This document shows, piece after piece, positions 50,581 to 64,000 of a stretch of 64,000 nt of DNA; within the stretch, counting starts at the first letter, position 1, and each line of letters begins with the position of its first letter. The notes under the pieces are model-generated. The model was given only the letters and a program-made list of their open reading frames with translations. It was not told the DNA's origin and ran no database searches. Both the position numbers and the translations under genes were made by a program. Origin of the DNA: Geosiphon pyriformis uo1 (taxonomy: Eukaryota; Fungi; Glomeromycota); NCBI GenBank assembly GCA_016748015.1, contig JAAOMT010000678.1:88921-152920 (forward strand). The letters are read 5' to 3'.

Positions 50581-52894
50581 TTTAAATTTTAGTCAAAGAA
50601 TCTTTGTTACTCAGTTTTTATAATTATTTGAAAGAAACTATTTATAGCTACTTTAAAAATTAAATGTTTATTTGGATTCGAATCCTTCATTACCTATTTT
50701 TCATCAAAATTACTAACTCAAGGTAAAATCTAGTAATTAGGAGAGAAATAGCCATATTGATAAAAAATATTTTTACTATATTTGGGTCTTTCAACCAGAC
50801 TATTTATCTTCATTTCTTACTTTATAAAGACTAAAAGATAATCATTTAATTGACTATCACTTTGGATTACTAAATATCCTTTTATGTATTTGAATGTCAA
50901 TAAAAATTTAAAACAGATAAACTATATTTTTTTCCGTTGGTCTAAATATATATTAAATCTAATAAAACTACTTTATCGCACAACTGATAAATACATCAAT
51001 CGGATGGCGAGAATTAAGAGATATAGCCTTGTTCAAATCGGGTAAGGAGTCATTATAACGTCCCAATAATCGATATACGTCAGCTTAATTAGTATCTCTT
51101 TTAAAAATTACTTTTGTCTTGTATCAAATCTACTGCAGGAAGACAAAGTTAAACTAACATCACTTTAATTTGAAAAAAAATTGCTTAATATAATTCTTTA
51201 TTATTAAAATAAGTTCAAGCCAACTTTTAAACAAATTGCTCTCTCTCTCTCTAAGAATTTCATAAACTTTCTAAAAATTATATCAGAGTTGCTAAATTAA
51301 TAATCTCATTGAATTTGAGAAAATTTTTCATCAAAGACATTATATGTATTAGTTTAAAATTATATTTGAGCCGTTCTAAACTTTGATACGATATTCCGAA
51401 GTGGGTTTTTAGTGGGAATAATTTCATTTTGTAATGAAAATCATATCCTGTTTTAAATTAAATTTCTTATATACAAAAGACTTGAGATCTTGACCAAATT
51501 GTAATAACTTATGAAATTAGGTATTTTAAATTTGATAGAATTAATTTAAAAATTTTTACATTTATCCTATTATAAATTCAACAAAATCATCCACCAATGA
51601 CAAATTATTTGTTTTATCGAATAGTAAAATCTGTCAAAAACAATAATAAATAACCTTAACTATACTGTCTATTTCTTTGGCCTTGTTTATTGTATTCTTT
51701 TATATCCAGCTGAAAACAAAGCAAAACATGTTTAATTGTGCATAAAACTTTTTGACTTCAGAATTAAGGAATTTATTATTAATCTTATTATTTATTTAAA
51801 TTCTAATTCTAATTTTTTAATATTATGTAATAAATAGAAAATTAAAAACAAAATTTTAATTTTAATTTTTTTTCAATTTATTTATTGTTAAATATTTTTA
51901 GTTAACATTTAAATAATAATTTATAAAATAAATTTTTTTTTAAAACTAATAGTTAATTAAAATTGAAAAAAATTTGTAGTTATTTATTTTTATATTATTT
52001 ATACAATAATTTTTTGGTTATATTAATTTAAATTATTTTTTTGTTGAACATGTAATTAATAGTTTTTTAAGTAATAAAATTTTATAATATGTGCAAATAT
52101 TATTAAACTAGTATAAATATTAGCTTTAAATTAGATTTTTTGTTTTTAAAACTTTATTTACTATATTTAGTATTCCAAAAATTGGTAAATTAAATTGTAT
52201 TTGTTTAATTAATTAAAAAACTAAAATTTGTTTAACTAGTAAACAAATTAATAAAAGCTTAACAAATTACCTATTTTAAAAATTTTATTTTAAATTAATA
52301 TAAATTTATTGTATATAATTTTCTTTGATTTTTCGTTTTTATTATTTTAATATAAAAAATATATGTATATATTAATATTTATTATTTTTGGGCAATCACA
52401 AATTAAAAATAAACAATTTCTATATATATAGAATATATATTAGAAGAAATTTTGTAATAATAATTAAATGCTTAATTTTTTATTAAAAAGCTTTAATTAT
52501 AAAACACAAAAATTTAAGTTAAGTATTATTATCTTAAATTTTATACCAATAAAACTTTTGCATAAAGCTCTTATTTAATTATTTAATTTTAAAAATTAAT
52601 TAAAAAATTATAATATAAAAAATTATTTTATAATTATATTTAACAATCAAATAGCAAAATATTATAAATAATGAAATTATTTGTTTTTTATAAATTTATT
52701 TTACAAATTTTATTATAAAATTTATATTTTTTTAATTAAAAAATTTTGTTAAATTATAATTGTTGTTTTTAATTTAGTTAGAAAATATTTGTTTATAATT
52801 TTTGTTAACATAAATAATTTTATTATTATTATTATTATTATTTAATTAAAATAGAATAATATTAAATATTATATAAAAAACATTTTAATAAACT

Positions 52895-55800
52895 TAACCA
52901 GCAAATTAAACAACCAGGAATTAGACTTCTAGAATCTAGTCTTTTTTACTTATAAAAATTGCTTTATATAAAACATATATTATAATAATTCAAAAATTGA
53001 TTTGCAAAAATAATACTAAATCTCCTTAGTAAATTCACCACATGTTATCAGAATGTTAGTTACACTGGCCAGAAAATAATTCATGAGATTAATTAACAAT
53101 ATAGTTAAAAAACATAGAGATTGTTAAAATATTTAGCTGATGACTTATAAATTCATAGTTTTATATTCAAATAATTTGTCAAGAATGTCATTCAAACTAC
53201 TAAATTTGCCAAAAATTTTCAGTATACATCTACTTAAATGTCTTTAGATTATACAATTCAGAATAGAAAATGGTTTTATTGAAAAAATCTTTAAGTAAAT
53301 TGGCTTTAAGCTTAAGTCTCTTTCTCAATATTCTGTTCTACTTCTTATACATATTTACTAAAGCATAATTAAACTGCAATTTATAATAAACTATTGACTA
53401 TAAAATAGCAGACATTAGATATAAAAACTGCTTATTAAATACTGTTTTTTTTAATACCAGATTTGTAAAAAACTTGATATTCAAATGAGTTTTGACAAGA
53501 TTTGGTTTAAAAAAATCATTAATAAATAGAAATGCCCAAGTATCTATAAAATTTACTCTTTTTGGCTATAGAAATATTTAAATTACTTATTAATAAATAA
53601 GAAACTTTCACACTTTAATTGATGAAAATAGCAATTGTTTTATATATATTAATAAAAATGTCATTGATTTAAAAAAATTTACCAGCTATATCTAAGATAT
53701 GCTAAGTAGTAAACATATTATTTTCAATTCAAATTGTGTTATTTACAAAGGTATTTACTGCCAAAAAAAAAGTTTTGTTATTTTTAAAATTCTGTTTGTC
53801 AGTTTGCATAAAAAATTTTGAATCTAATTTGTAATCATACAAATTGTCATGTTTTTTAATCTTGTAAAGCAAAGAATCATAAAAGATTTTCTATAGCAAT
53901 AGCAAAAATATTTCATTCTAATCCAGTTTATCATGAACAATATACTTTTTGGCAAATTCAAAATCTGGTATTACTTAATTGGTCTAATTATTGTGTATAT
54001 TTTCAAAAAACCCAATAAATAGAAGCACATTTTAATTCTAATTAAACTGTTTTTTAATTAATTATATTTAATAAAATCATATGCTTTATCTATATTCTAA
54101 AAAATTAACTATAACTCCTTGTTTTTTTTAATGTATTCTCAATAACAGAACCAACAGCAAAATTAAGAATCTGAGTAAATATGTCTTTCAAAACTAAAAA
54201 ATTATTATTATGCAAAACATTAAAATTACTACAGATCAAAAAGATTTTATTTGAAAAAATTTTAGATAAAATTTTTCAGACTGTTTTAATTAAGATAATT
54301 GGTCTAGTATTTGTAAAAATTTTTTTTTAATCATATAGTTTTGGTATCATAGAAACTTAGACTTTTTTTTACTGTATAAAAACTGTATTTAACACCAAAC
54401 ATATATTGAAAATATCTAGTAAATCACCTAAAACCTACTTATAATCATGTTTTTAGAGTTTATTAGAAATGCCAAAAAGACTAATGGCTTTTTTATTAAG
54501 TAAATCCTTGACAATTTGTAAAAATTTATCAAACTTAATATTATATATTACTTTTGAAAAAGCATCATTATTAATATGCTTTAAAAGAACATATTAATTA
54601 AACTATTATTTAGATAAAACTTTAAGCATTATGTGTTTTTTTGTCTATTTTTTCATAATTGTGTTGATTGTAAATTTAACTTTACATAGTTTTAGAATTA
54701 ATTTATCATAAATTACCAAATAGTCAAGTATTATTTTTCAAAATGGCTGATCTAAAACATTTCTAATTATCTTTTTTTTATTAGAACAAAAATTTTTATA
54801 TATTTCTCTATAGTCTTTTTGATAAAATTATTTCTGGCAATTTTAAATTTATAATACTTAAATTTATGGTATTTTTTTTGATTTTCAACAAATGATGTAG
54901 AATCTCTTTTAAACTTTTGCTTTTATTAAGCATAATATGTGCTCTAAAAACTTTTTTTTTTAATAGTAATCTAAGTATTAATAAAGTAATTAATTTTTGA
55001 ATTTTAATTCAAATTCAAGCTTTTTATAATTTTGGCTACTAACAATTTTAGCTTAAAAAACTTTGATGATTGCTTATTTTTTAAACATTTGAATTTACTA
55101 AACAAAAATCTAGAAAACATTTTATTGACAGAGCTTATTACTATTTTTTTCATAATCTCTTACATTGTATCCAAATTATCACAATCTCTTGTATTGTTAA
55201 ATCCAGTCATTTTTTTCATGAATCTGTTTGATAAGCACTCTTTAAACTGTAATAATTTATTGCTATCAGCATCATTAATTTTGAACTTCTATTTATTTCT
55301 ATTAACTTGTTTACAATTATTATTAAAGTAAGTATTTAAAAAACCACTCAAGCTAACTGCAACTGAAACTGGCTTGCAATTAGTATTAAAAAATTCAGAC
55401 ACAGTGTTTATTTTATGATTAGTAACTACAGATATCAAATTTTGGTTTACAAAAATAAAATCAATGACCTTTTTGATGCCTCTGAAATTGTTTTATGTAA
55501 AAGCTTTAACTAATAAATATTCATTAAATGAGTTAATTAATCCTAAATTTACACAAAACTTGAAACTTACACTTCTTTTGAACTATTTTTATTGAAATTT
55601 TTACTTAATATCACAAAAATACTAGAATTAACTGTCTTGACAATAAAAAATTTAATTTCTAATATCTAACCAAATTTAATTTTAGCAGAAGCATTAGTAT
55701 ACAAACCTAAGATTATAATTAACAATTTACTTTTAAACAAAAATTTTACTAAAATAACTCAACCAGAAATTTTATTACTTTAGAAACATGTTAAGTTGAT

Positions 55801-58020
55801 AAATTGTTTATAATAATAATTACTCTAGCATCAAGAAAATCTTTATCAAAAATTTGCATTTTATTAAATTTGCTTATAATTCATAGTCTGATACTAGATT
55901 TTAACTTTGTTTTCATAATAATTGAAACCATATTATCCGAATTTACATGTCAATAAACAATGTTTTTTTGCCTAGTAAGAATATTAAGACTCCAAACATA
56001 ACATGTTGCAAACTTCCAAATTAGATTACTTATTAAAATAAAAAAGTGCCAAATAATCTAAGCTAGCATACAACTGATTTAATTTCACCAAAACTGAGTC
56101 AACAAATGTTTTAAAAGCTACTAATTTCGACTTCAGACTGCTTATCTTAATGGTTAAAATTTTTGAATAACTTATACTTAACACTAAAGTCTTAGTCTTA
56201 ACTAAAAAAAGAGGTGAAAATAAAACTTATGAATTATCCAAAACTATACTTAAATTCAGACCAGAGATAAATGTATTTATTGAAACTTGAAAAAAAGAAA
56301 AAAAAAGCCATTGGAATTCAAATTATATTACTAAATTTACATACAATATCAGAAACTTGGTCAGCCAGCAGTTCCAAAAAATATTTCAAAGAGACCAAAT
56401 AAACACACATAGAAAAATTATCTAACAAAGTAGATAAAGTTTTTTTATTAAAACTCAAAATATTAAAGAAAAAAGAGCCAAAAACAAAACTAAAAATTAA
56501 AGTGCTAAAGACAAAAACTGCTAAATTACCTAAGCTTATAATTTGTTATTAAAAACAGCAGAGTAAAAAATAGAAATGTTTTTTTTAACATACAATTTGG
56601 TTAACTGAAGATGATTTTCATTTGAAACAACTTTCTTAAATACTTTTGTAGACAAAGAGATTGAGAAATTATAAACATTATATTCTAAAGAGGAATGTCT
56701 AAAATGTCTATACTTTTTGCAATAAATTAGATCTAATCTGGTCTAAGATAATTTAATACTACCAAAAATAAACTCTGTGCAAAAAACAAATTTCAGCATC
56801 TCATTTAATTCAAAACCAATAGCAGTACAGCAAATTCTATTGCCATTTTCAAATAATCTATTAATAATACATGTTTTTTTATCAGCTCTTTTAATTAAAA
56901 TACTAAGATCATGAACAGTTGTTTCTACTGACAAGATAAACAAAAACACTTTAAATTGATTCTTAAACATCCAAATATTTTAATCTCTCATGGCTTTGGC
57001 CATATGCACTGAATTTTTTCCAATTAGAAATAATTATTTTGAAGCTAATTGATTTGTCTGTCTTAATTTGGCAAACTTTACTACAGTTTTCTGTCATATT
57101 TTAATGAGCTGAATTTTGATTAATACAATTTGACCAGGATATAGTGACAATAATCATTTTTTTAAACATATTTATGAGAATTTCTTTGATTATTATAGCC
57201 TAATCTGAGCATACTCTTTGTTATTTGACATTATTGTTTACAATAATCCTTTTATTTTCAGCTAATAATTTAGTCTTCTTCATACTTTCTTTTGATGTAA
57301 ATATTAATTAAATAATTTTTTTAAATTTTGAGAGGATAATTGCCTCTCAAAACTATTAATTAATAAAAACATTTTTCTAATGCACTGGGTTTTTGTCATA
57401 ACTGATTTTTTTTTCACAGTTAAAAAATTAATGTCCAATATATAAGATTTTTTAACATTCATTTTAATTTGAGTCTTAACTATCTTAGGGTTAATTTACT
57501 TTCTGTTTAGAGAAATATTGAAAGAAAAGAGGAGAAAACTTTTATCTTCATCTATTTTAAAGTCAATTACACCAATGAAAGAGCCACCATCTAAGCTTGT
57601 ATTTACCCTTTTAGCTTTAAAAATAGACACAGCTGAGCCAAGAAAAAAACCACTACCAGAACCCATTGTATTATTACCAACTTTACTATTACTGGATTCA
57701 TTACTTATATTTGAATATATGCCACCACTAAGACCAGGTTTGACCAAAGATATTTCTTTTTCATTACCAGAATGTTTAACATTGTCCACAGAAACCCTTT
57801 TCTTTTGAGAGAAAGTTCCTTCAACAGGACCATGAAGGGCTCCCTTGGGCACTTTCTTTTTAGATATATTGCTACTTGAAGCAGCTTCCAGGTTTACCAC
57901 AAAAGAGTTGCTATATTGAGAAATGTTGAAAGTAAAATAACTAGGAAGATAAAAACAAAAACTTCTTTTTCAGAAAATGCTCTTTGGAGAATTTTGGACG
58001 TAGGAGAGAAAGAAATTTTT
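52895..58020 (-). mobile_element. Degenerate LINE family 2 (copy D): 5' UTR, ORF1 (57900-56033) and ORF2 APE-RT, fading out near 52900
   Basis: ORF1 starts MVNLEAASSS. ORF2 has IWKFATC and IDFIFV, and the RT region is colinear with 16400-19380. Confidence 0.88.
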
Positions 58021-58807
58021 TTGGATAATAATATAAAATGTTTTATTCAAATTCTGTAATAATTTCATGTCCAAAATGGTCAAAAAATTTAATTTAAGAA
58101 GATAATAAAATTTATAATATTCAAAAATTTCTAAACATTAAAATTTTTTCATTATAAAAATAAGGTTTTGGATATTTCAATGTCTCGCTATTAATCCTGT
58201 TAAAGTCAAAAAAGCAAGATTTATCATTAATAACCAGCATTTTTTAGATAAAATTAAGCCCAGAATATTAATATTAAATCAAGTAATTTATTAAAACAAT
58301 AATTGTTTGAGTGAAAAAACCCAAAGAAAATCTGAACTATAGACGTAGCTTCTAAAGAAACTTCTCTTTTACCAGAAAATGGTTTTTTTGAATTACGAAA
58401 AATCGATATTTCGTTTAAATCAAGCAAAAATTTGTCAAAGTAAAAGTTTATTAATTGTTCTCGTATTTTTGAATTTTCAAAAGGTGGAAACGTAAAAGGT
58501 GGAAAAAATTACAAAGTTTTGAATTACTATTTGTAACGGTAAAAATTAAATTAAAATTGAGGATATAATTAGACTGATTATTTTCTTGACTCATGAATAA
58601 AAATAAATTCCAGATTATTTCTTTTTGAATTTTTGGATCATTGTCAAGTATTATTAATCTGCTAGATTACAAGTGAAAGATATCTGACAAATATTCTCTT
58701 TAAAATTAATATTGAAACATGGCAAAATTATTTTTTCAATTTAGATTTTCTAGAAATCTTCATTTAGACGAAAGTTTTACTTATTTTTCTGCTTGGTAAA
58801 ATCTTCA

Positions 58808-61001
58808 TCATATACTTGCCCTTTGAAGATTCGCCACTGGCTTCTCGAATGGTGGCTCCTTATACTCAGCCAGCCCATTCCCATTAGGTAACGGCGAGGC
58901 CGCACTCGGTTCACTAAGCATACTATTAATTGTTGCTTGTGACATCTCTGGAATAAATGATCTTCTACTCCCTCTATAATGATACTTCCAAAACAAGAAT
59001 CCACCAAATGATATAATTGATGCCCCCACCACTGAAACAATAATAATTCCCCATCTTCGAAGATTTCGTAATTCAGAATCAGAAATTTTTGAAGCTTCCT
59101 CACGGCGTTCTTCTTCGTCTGTTTCCGAGGCTTCATGTTCTTCGTGGGTTGTTTGTCTACTGGTAGGAGAAGGTGGTTGAATTGGGATTTGATCCAAATT
59201 TTGAGGTGGTGATTGGCTTGAGGCAGATGAGGCAGAGGATTGTGATGGGATTGGTGGATTTGAACGAGTGAGTAAGTTGGTCCATTTGAAATTAGAGTTT
59301 TTAATGTCGAGGATATTAATTTTTGAACTTGGTTTATTATTTCGTAATCCTAAAGAAAAAAAAACATTATTATTATCAAGATCAAATGAATTTTAATTAA
59401 ATAAGTGATTTCGAAATAAAAAAAAAGTTGGAACAACTTACCAAATGCAATAATCATGAAATCATCGTAAAGGGTCGCTGTGTGAAATATTATGGAGCCT
59501 TTTGGTCCTTGTTCCTGATTTTCTATTACCGGTCGTCTCCATCTTAAAGTTATTATATCCAGTACTAACAAATTATCATCTGAACTATAAAAATGAATAA
59601 AGAAAGTGTTGAGGAAATCTTGATTCATCACAATTGCATTGAAATCTTTTAAAGCAAATATATTTGCCTTGAGTCCGAATTACCAGCACCAGCTTCGTTA
59701 TTACTACCGTATATTATGATTTCATGTTGATTTGATGCTATAAAAATGAATAAATTATGATTTTCTATCTTTAGGAAAAGATTAAAATCTGTGCTAGGTT
59801 ATATAATTTTTTTTCGATAGCTTACCCAGGACAGCAGAATGCCCCGCCCGCGGGGTTAATAGAACGTTAGAGATTGATTTCTAAAACAAAGGAATGTAAA
59901 ATTTCGAAATTTATTTCAACCCCCCCCCCCCCCCCCCCCTAAATATCAATATTTGGTGTAAAATTTCACGACATACCGCCACGTTCCACTGTGATGCCAC
60001 TGTATCAAATATAAAAATCTAAACAATAATATAATCAGATTTTTTAAAGAGAGAATTAAAAATATAATTTTAATCATTAGTTAATCATGGGTAAATATAC
60101 CTCATTCAGCTCCCTAGCCTTTTGACTCCCGGTCCAATAACCACCTAAATAAAACACCCGACCATCTGGAACCAATGTTGCAGTATATCCATAAAATGGT
60201 TGAGGTCCATTCATAATATAGCCCCACGTTGAATTTTTTGTATCGAAAATGTACATGTTATTATCCATTTTTGATATATTTTGACCGCCAAAAATATAAA
60301 TTTTCTCGTTGCTGTCTTTTATTGAATTAATTTGGTTTCGTGGTGTGGGAGAAATTTTAATAGAAAGATTGGTAATTTCTGAAGTATTTGAAATTCTTTT
60401 AGATTCCAGAGATAAGGAAGGAGGAAGAGATATTGTGTAGATATTGTTGGATATTTTTGAGATATTTTTCGAAGAGCCTATAACCTAAATTTGATTGGGA
60501 TTTAAATTGAGTTGAGTTGATTTGAGTTGAATTAAGTTAAGTTGAGTTGAAATTGATTTAAGTTTAGATTTTTAATAAAAAATCGTTCGTACTCACCCCA
60601 CCAAAAAGAAATAATATTTGATGCCTATCTTGATCAAATCCAATCGACGCCGCAGCTGAGTGAACACCTTCAAACTCATTGTTCTTATCTTGTTTTATGC
60701 TTTTGAATTTTACACTCGTATCGATAAACTCCAAACTCTTATTCTTCCCAAAATTTAAATCATCCTTTGATAAATCTAAGTAAAATATTTCACGAGAAAT
60801 TCTCAAAGAATTCTTAGGAGCGGTAGACAACTGACCACCAATGAAGTAAATATTTTGATTAAGTAATATTGCAATATGTGATGAGCGTGGTTCTGGTGTG
60901 AACGATGCTTGTGATGTTGAATATGTTAAGTTGGAAAGTATCATTAGGGAAAGGAAAAATGGTTTTAGAAATGATGAGATTATGAAATACTTGAAAGACA
61001 T
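58808..61001 (-). CDS. Kelch-repeat single-pass membrane protein with a Pro/Ser-rich stalk, ~539 aa, 7 exons
   Basis: Exons 61001-60597, 60484-60101, 60018-59977, 59880-59826, 59737-59684, 59579-59442 and 59349-58808, all in frame. Motifs PRSSH..IYFIGG, YTATLVPDGRVFYLGG, HTATL, and TM segment GIIIVSVVGASIISFGGFLFW. Confidence 0.9.
59918..59939. repeat. Poly(C) run (~21 nt) inside a Kelch-gene intron
   Basis: Direct reading. Confidence 0.85.
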
Positions 61002-62126
61002 TTCAGAAAATTTAGAAAATATTTGATAGGAAATAATTTGGCTTTATAAAGTGATTAAATTTCAAACGATGGTAGACTCACTGAATTAAAAGAAGTTGAA
61101 GTTTACGATTAAATGACCAGTCGAAAAAAAAAGGAAGAAATTTTACGAGCACTGTATAAACGATCGAAAGTTGACCTCTTAATTCCAATAGCATAAGGAA
61201 TTTATTCATTGTTTGTTGAAAATTTTACGTGTGTGATAGACTATCCTCTTGGAATATGATATGGCAATCATTTTTATTATTGTTTTATCTTCTGCTAAAA
61301 TGATATTCAAAATTGGGCCCCATTTCATTTGTTTATTAAGAAAGATAGGTTGGATGATGGGTAACCGTTACTTTTCTCATGATAATCATCATCAAATTTT
61401 TGTTTGATATGTTTCGAAAATTCATTCACCTGATAGCGTATGATTATTGCTGCTTTTTGGCTATCCGCATTTCTGTTTCTAAAGTTCATTGTGAATGATC
61501 ATGTTTAAATTTTTTCTATTAGTTAAGAGCGTAATGAATGAATGAAAAACTAAATGTAATTTATTAAAATAATAGTCATTCATGAACTACTTATTCTTTG
61601 TAAAAATGCGAGCCGATTCTGATCAATAATGATTTGTTTTCCTTAATAATTTCGTTATTTATCTTTCTTTCCTTATCAAGAAAATGTGCTGGTGGTAAAG
61701 GATAAATTTAACATTGTTTAGATATTCCATGTTCTGAAATATTTTCCGATAAATAAGTGACGCATTTAGATCGACAGGGATCGCTTCCCAACCGGAGTGA
61801 TCAAAGGGATTTGATTTTAAATGTTATGTAGATTAAATTTCCTAAAAATGGTTAAAAAACATTTTCATGCGGGGGATAATGCACATAAAAAAAAGTCGAA
61901 ACTAGGAAATTATAAATAAAATGATATTTGATGGGAATCAACAAATCAACCAATCAATATCTTATCGATTATAGATTATGAAATTTTTTGTTCAATATAA
62001 ATTGAATCAATCTTTTAATCAATCAATCATTTGACTATATAATCACATGAATGGATAAATTTTTTGAAAAATAGTATTTTTAAACCAAATTCAATACTTT
62101 TAAGAAATCTCATATAAAGATCAATG

Positions 62127-62128
<2 letters not shown>

Positions 62129-62174
<46 letters not shown>

Positions 62175-62183
62175 TATAATTAT
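62129..62183. repeat. (TAA)n microsatellite
   Basis: Direct reading. Confidence 0.9.
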
Positions 62184-63803
62184 AGTTTATCTTTTCCTAT
62201 GTGTTAAGAATTGTCATAATTTAGAATTCATTAAGAATTTATGAGCTTTATTATTCAATTCAAAGTTATCAATTTTTTTTATAATGTTTAATATTCAAAT
62301 AAATAAAATGAGGTTGAATAAATGGTTAATTGGTAATTGAAGAAAATCTCAAAGTCTATTGAACTTATTTATTGACTGTCATTCTTTTAAAATGATTTTT
62401 AATATTGTTGAAGAGTTTTTTTAATTAACAAGGAACTTTTCCAAAATGATAAATTTAAACACATAATAAAATTATCTTCTTCAAAACTGAAATTCAAACT
62501 ATAAAATTCTTATTATTTCGGAATTATGAAAATTGAATTGATCAGATGTGGTAGTTTGACTGAAAAAGTTATTCTTTTTGATGCTTAAATCTTGTCAATT
62601 AATATTCGTCCATTTAATAATGTAGAAAACAATAAAAATATTTAAATTAAATTTAAAATACCAACATTAAATTTTTTTTATAAATCGATGATTTATTCAA
62701 TTAACAGAAATATTTTGATCACTATTTAAGACAAATAAAAGATCATTCGAGAGTTTAAAATCTTAGCTGTGAAACTTTAATTTTAACCCAATAAAAATAT
62801 ACTTCATTTATTCGAATCAATAATTTTTTTTTGGTTAAAATTTTTATCTTCTCAACATTATGCTCCGGTATTTATTTAACTTTCAATCAATTCTGTATAA
62901 CCTCTTGTAAAGCTTGAAAATTGTTTAATAAAAAATATCTATTTTCACAAAGTCTTCTTGACTTATTACTATATACAAAAAGCATATTTATTATATTATT
63001 TAATCTTAAATTAGAATATTTCTTATTTTACATGAATTTCTTAAAATTTGAATGAAACAAGTTTGATCATCATCATGATACACATCTTCCTGCATGCTTA
63101 GTATGTAATTTTATTGAAGATGCAACTTTTTATTAGAGTTCTTATTCAATAGGAAATTCGATTATCATTTCCTTCTATAATTAGATCTCCGATAAATTGC
63201 TCAAATTCTTGGCATCTCCTTGAGCTTGTATTTGTTTTGCACTTTGTATGTCCTTCCACAAATATAACACGGCATTTCTGTCTTGGCAACAGAAATTTCA
63301 AAATAAAAGTTTCTTAAAAAAAAGTTACTATAATAATGCGCTAAAAATTTATTGAAGACTTAGCCACTTACCTTCTGTGTTCCATTTTTATGTCCCAGAC
63401 TGTATTTCAAATTTTTCACTAAGTAACAGTAAATATTGGATCAGATGATAACAAAATTTTTAGTCAAGATTTCACACGCATTAAAATAACAAAAGAATTT
63501 CTCACAAATAATGATTGTCTTTGAATTTGATTTTGCGAAATCGACAAAAAATATTTGAACCCAAATAAAATAACACACGATCTATCAAAGGTGAATGAGG
63601 ATTTGTATATTTATCATATAAACGTTTTTTTTGCTATTCTTTCTCCGCAATTTCAACTGATTGTGGCGTTTCATAAAATTCGATAATCCTGCTTCGAAAA
63701 GATTATTCTAGAGCTCAAAAATATTCTTTACAAAATTTTACGCATCTGCCATTTGCATATTAATTTTACTCTTTTACAAAAAATTTATTTGAACAACTTC
63801 AGA

Positions 63804-64000
63804 ATGCCCCAATTCCAAAGCAGACCTTATAAATGGTCCGAAACTCAAACACAAGATTCGATCACATTATACCCTTACCCCAACTCAAAAACTTTTCCAA
63901 TATGGGCTATCGTAATTATTGCAATATCATTTGGATGTATGGTTTTATTGGCCCTTAATGAGCTTTGGAGAAGGTGGAAAAGAAAGAGAGAAGATTATTT
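63804..64000 (+). CDS. 5' part of a probable single-pass membrane protein (runs off the window)
   Basis: MPQFQSRPYKW...FPIWAIVIIAISFGCMVLLALNELWRRWKRKREDY: a hydrophobic segment followed by a basic cluster, open to the window end. Confidence 0.6.
   Translation, partial: MPQFQSRPYKWSETQTQDSITLYPYPNSKTFPIWAIVIIAISFGCMVLLALNELWRRWKRKREDY

Noticed and set aside
63030-63385. Possible small spliced minus-strand gene (ATG 63385, donor GTAAGT)
   Set aside because: Every acceptor choice tried gives a peptide under 50 aa with no recognisable motif, so it cannot be supported.

Overview
A very AT-rich eukaryotic window with short GT-AG introns. The gene content (TKL kinase-Sel1 fusion, class-3 lipase, Kelch single-pass membrane proteins) points to a Glomeromycotina fungus. 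A Geosiphon/Ambispora-like genome is my inference and is not verified. CpG-free, heavily C>T/G>A-eroded transposon blocks (about 1-30 kb, 38.6-44.6 kb and 51.7-58 kb) alternate sharply with CpG-containing gene islands. The main element is a full-length but stop-riddled 9.8-kb Ty3/Gypsy LTR retrotransposon (5756-15575, 4-bp TSD GCAT). Its layout is unusual: gag - protease - ~330-aa multi-CxxC insert - dUTPase - RT - RNase H - integrase - an extra non-env ORF3 that runs into the 3' LTR. It is nested inside a full-length RNase H-containing LINE whose ORF2 rejoins in frame when the insertion is removed. A second, far more eroded copy of the same Gypsy family lies at 24325-27676. Four LINE copies from two families are present, and the three that reach the ORF1/ORF2 junction share a TAATG-type stop/start overlap. 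Host genes: a predicted pseudokinase-Sel1 protein, a class-3 lipase lacking its catalytic Ser, a Sel1 fragment, two Kelch-TM proteins and a partial TM protein. There is also an internally deleted Mutator-like remnant, a 6 x ~240-bp tandem array and several microsatellites. All exon calls and alignments were made by eye.
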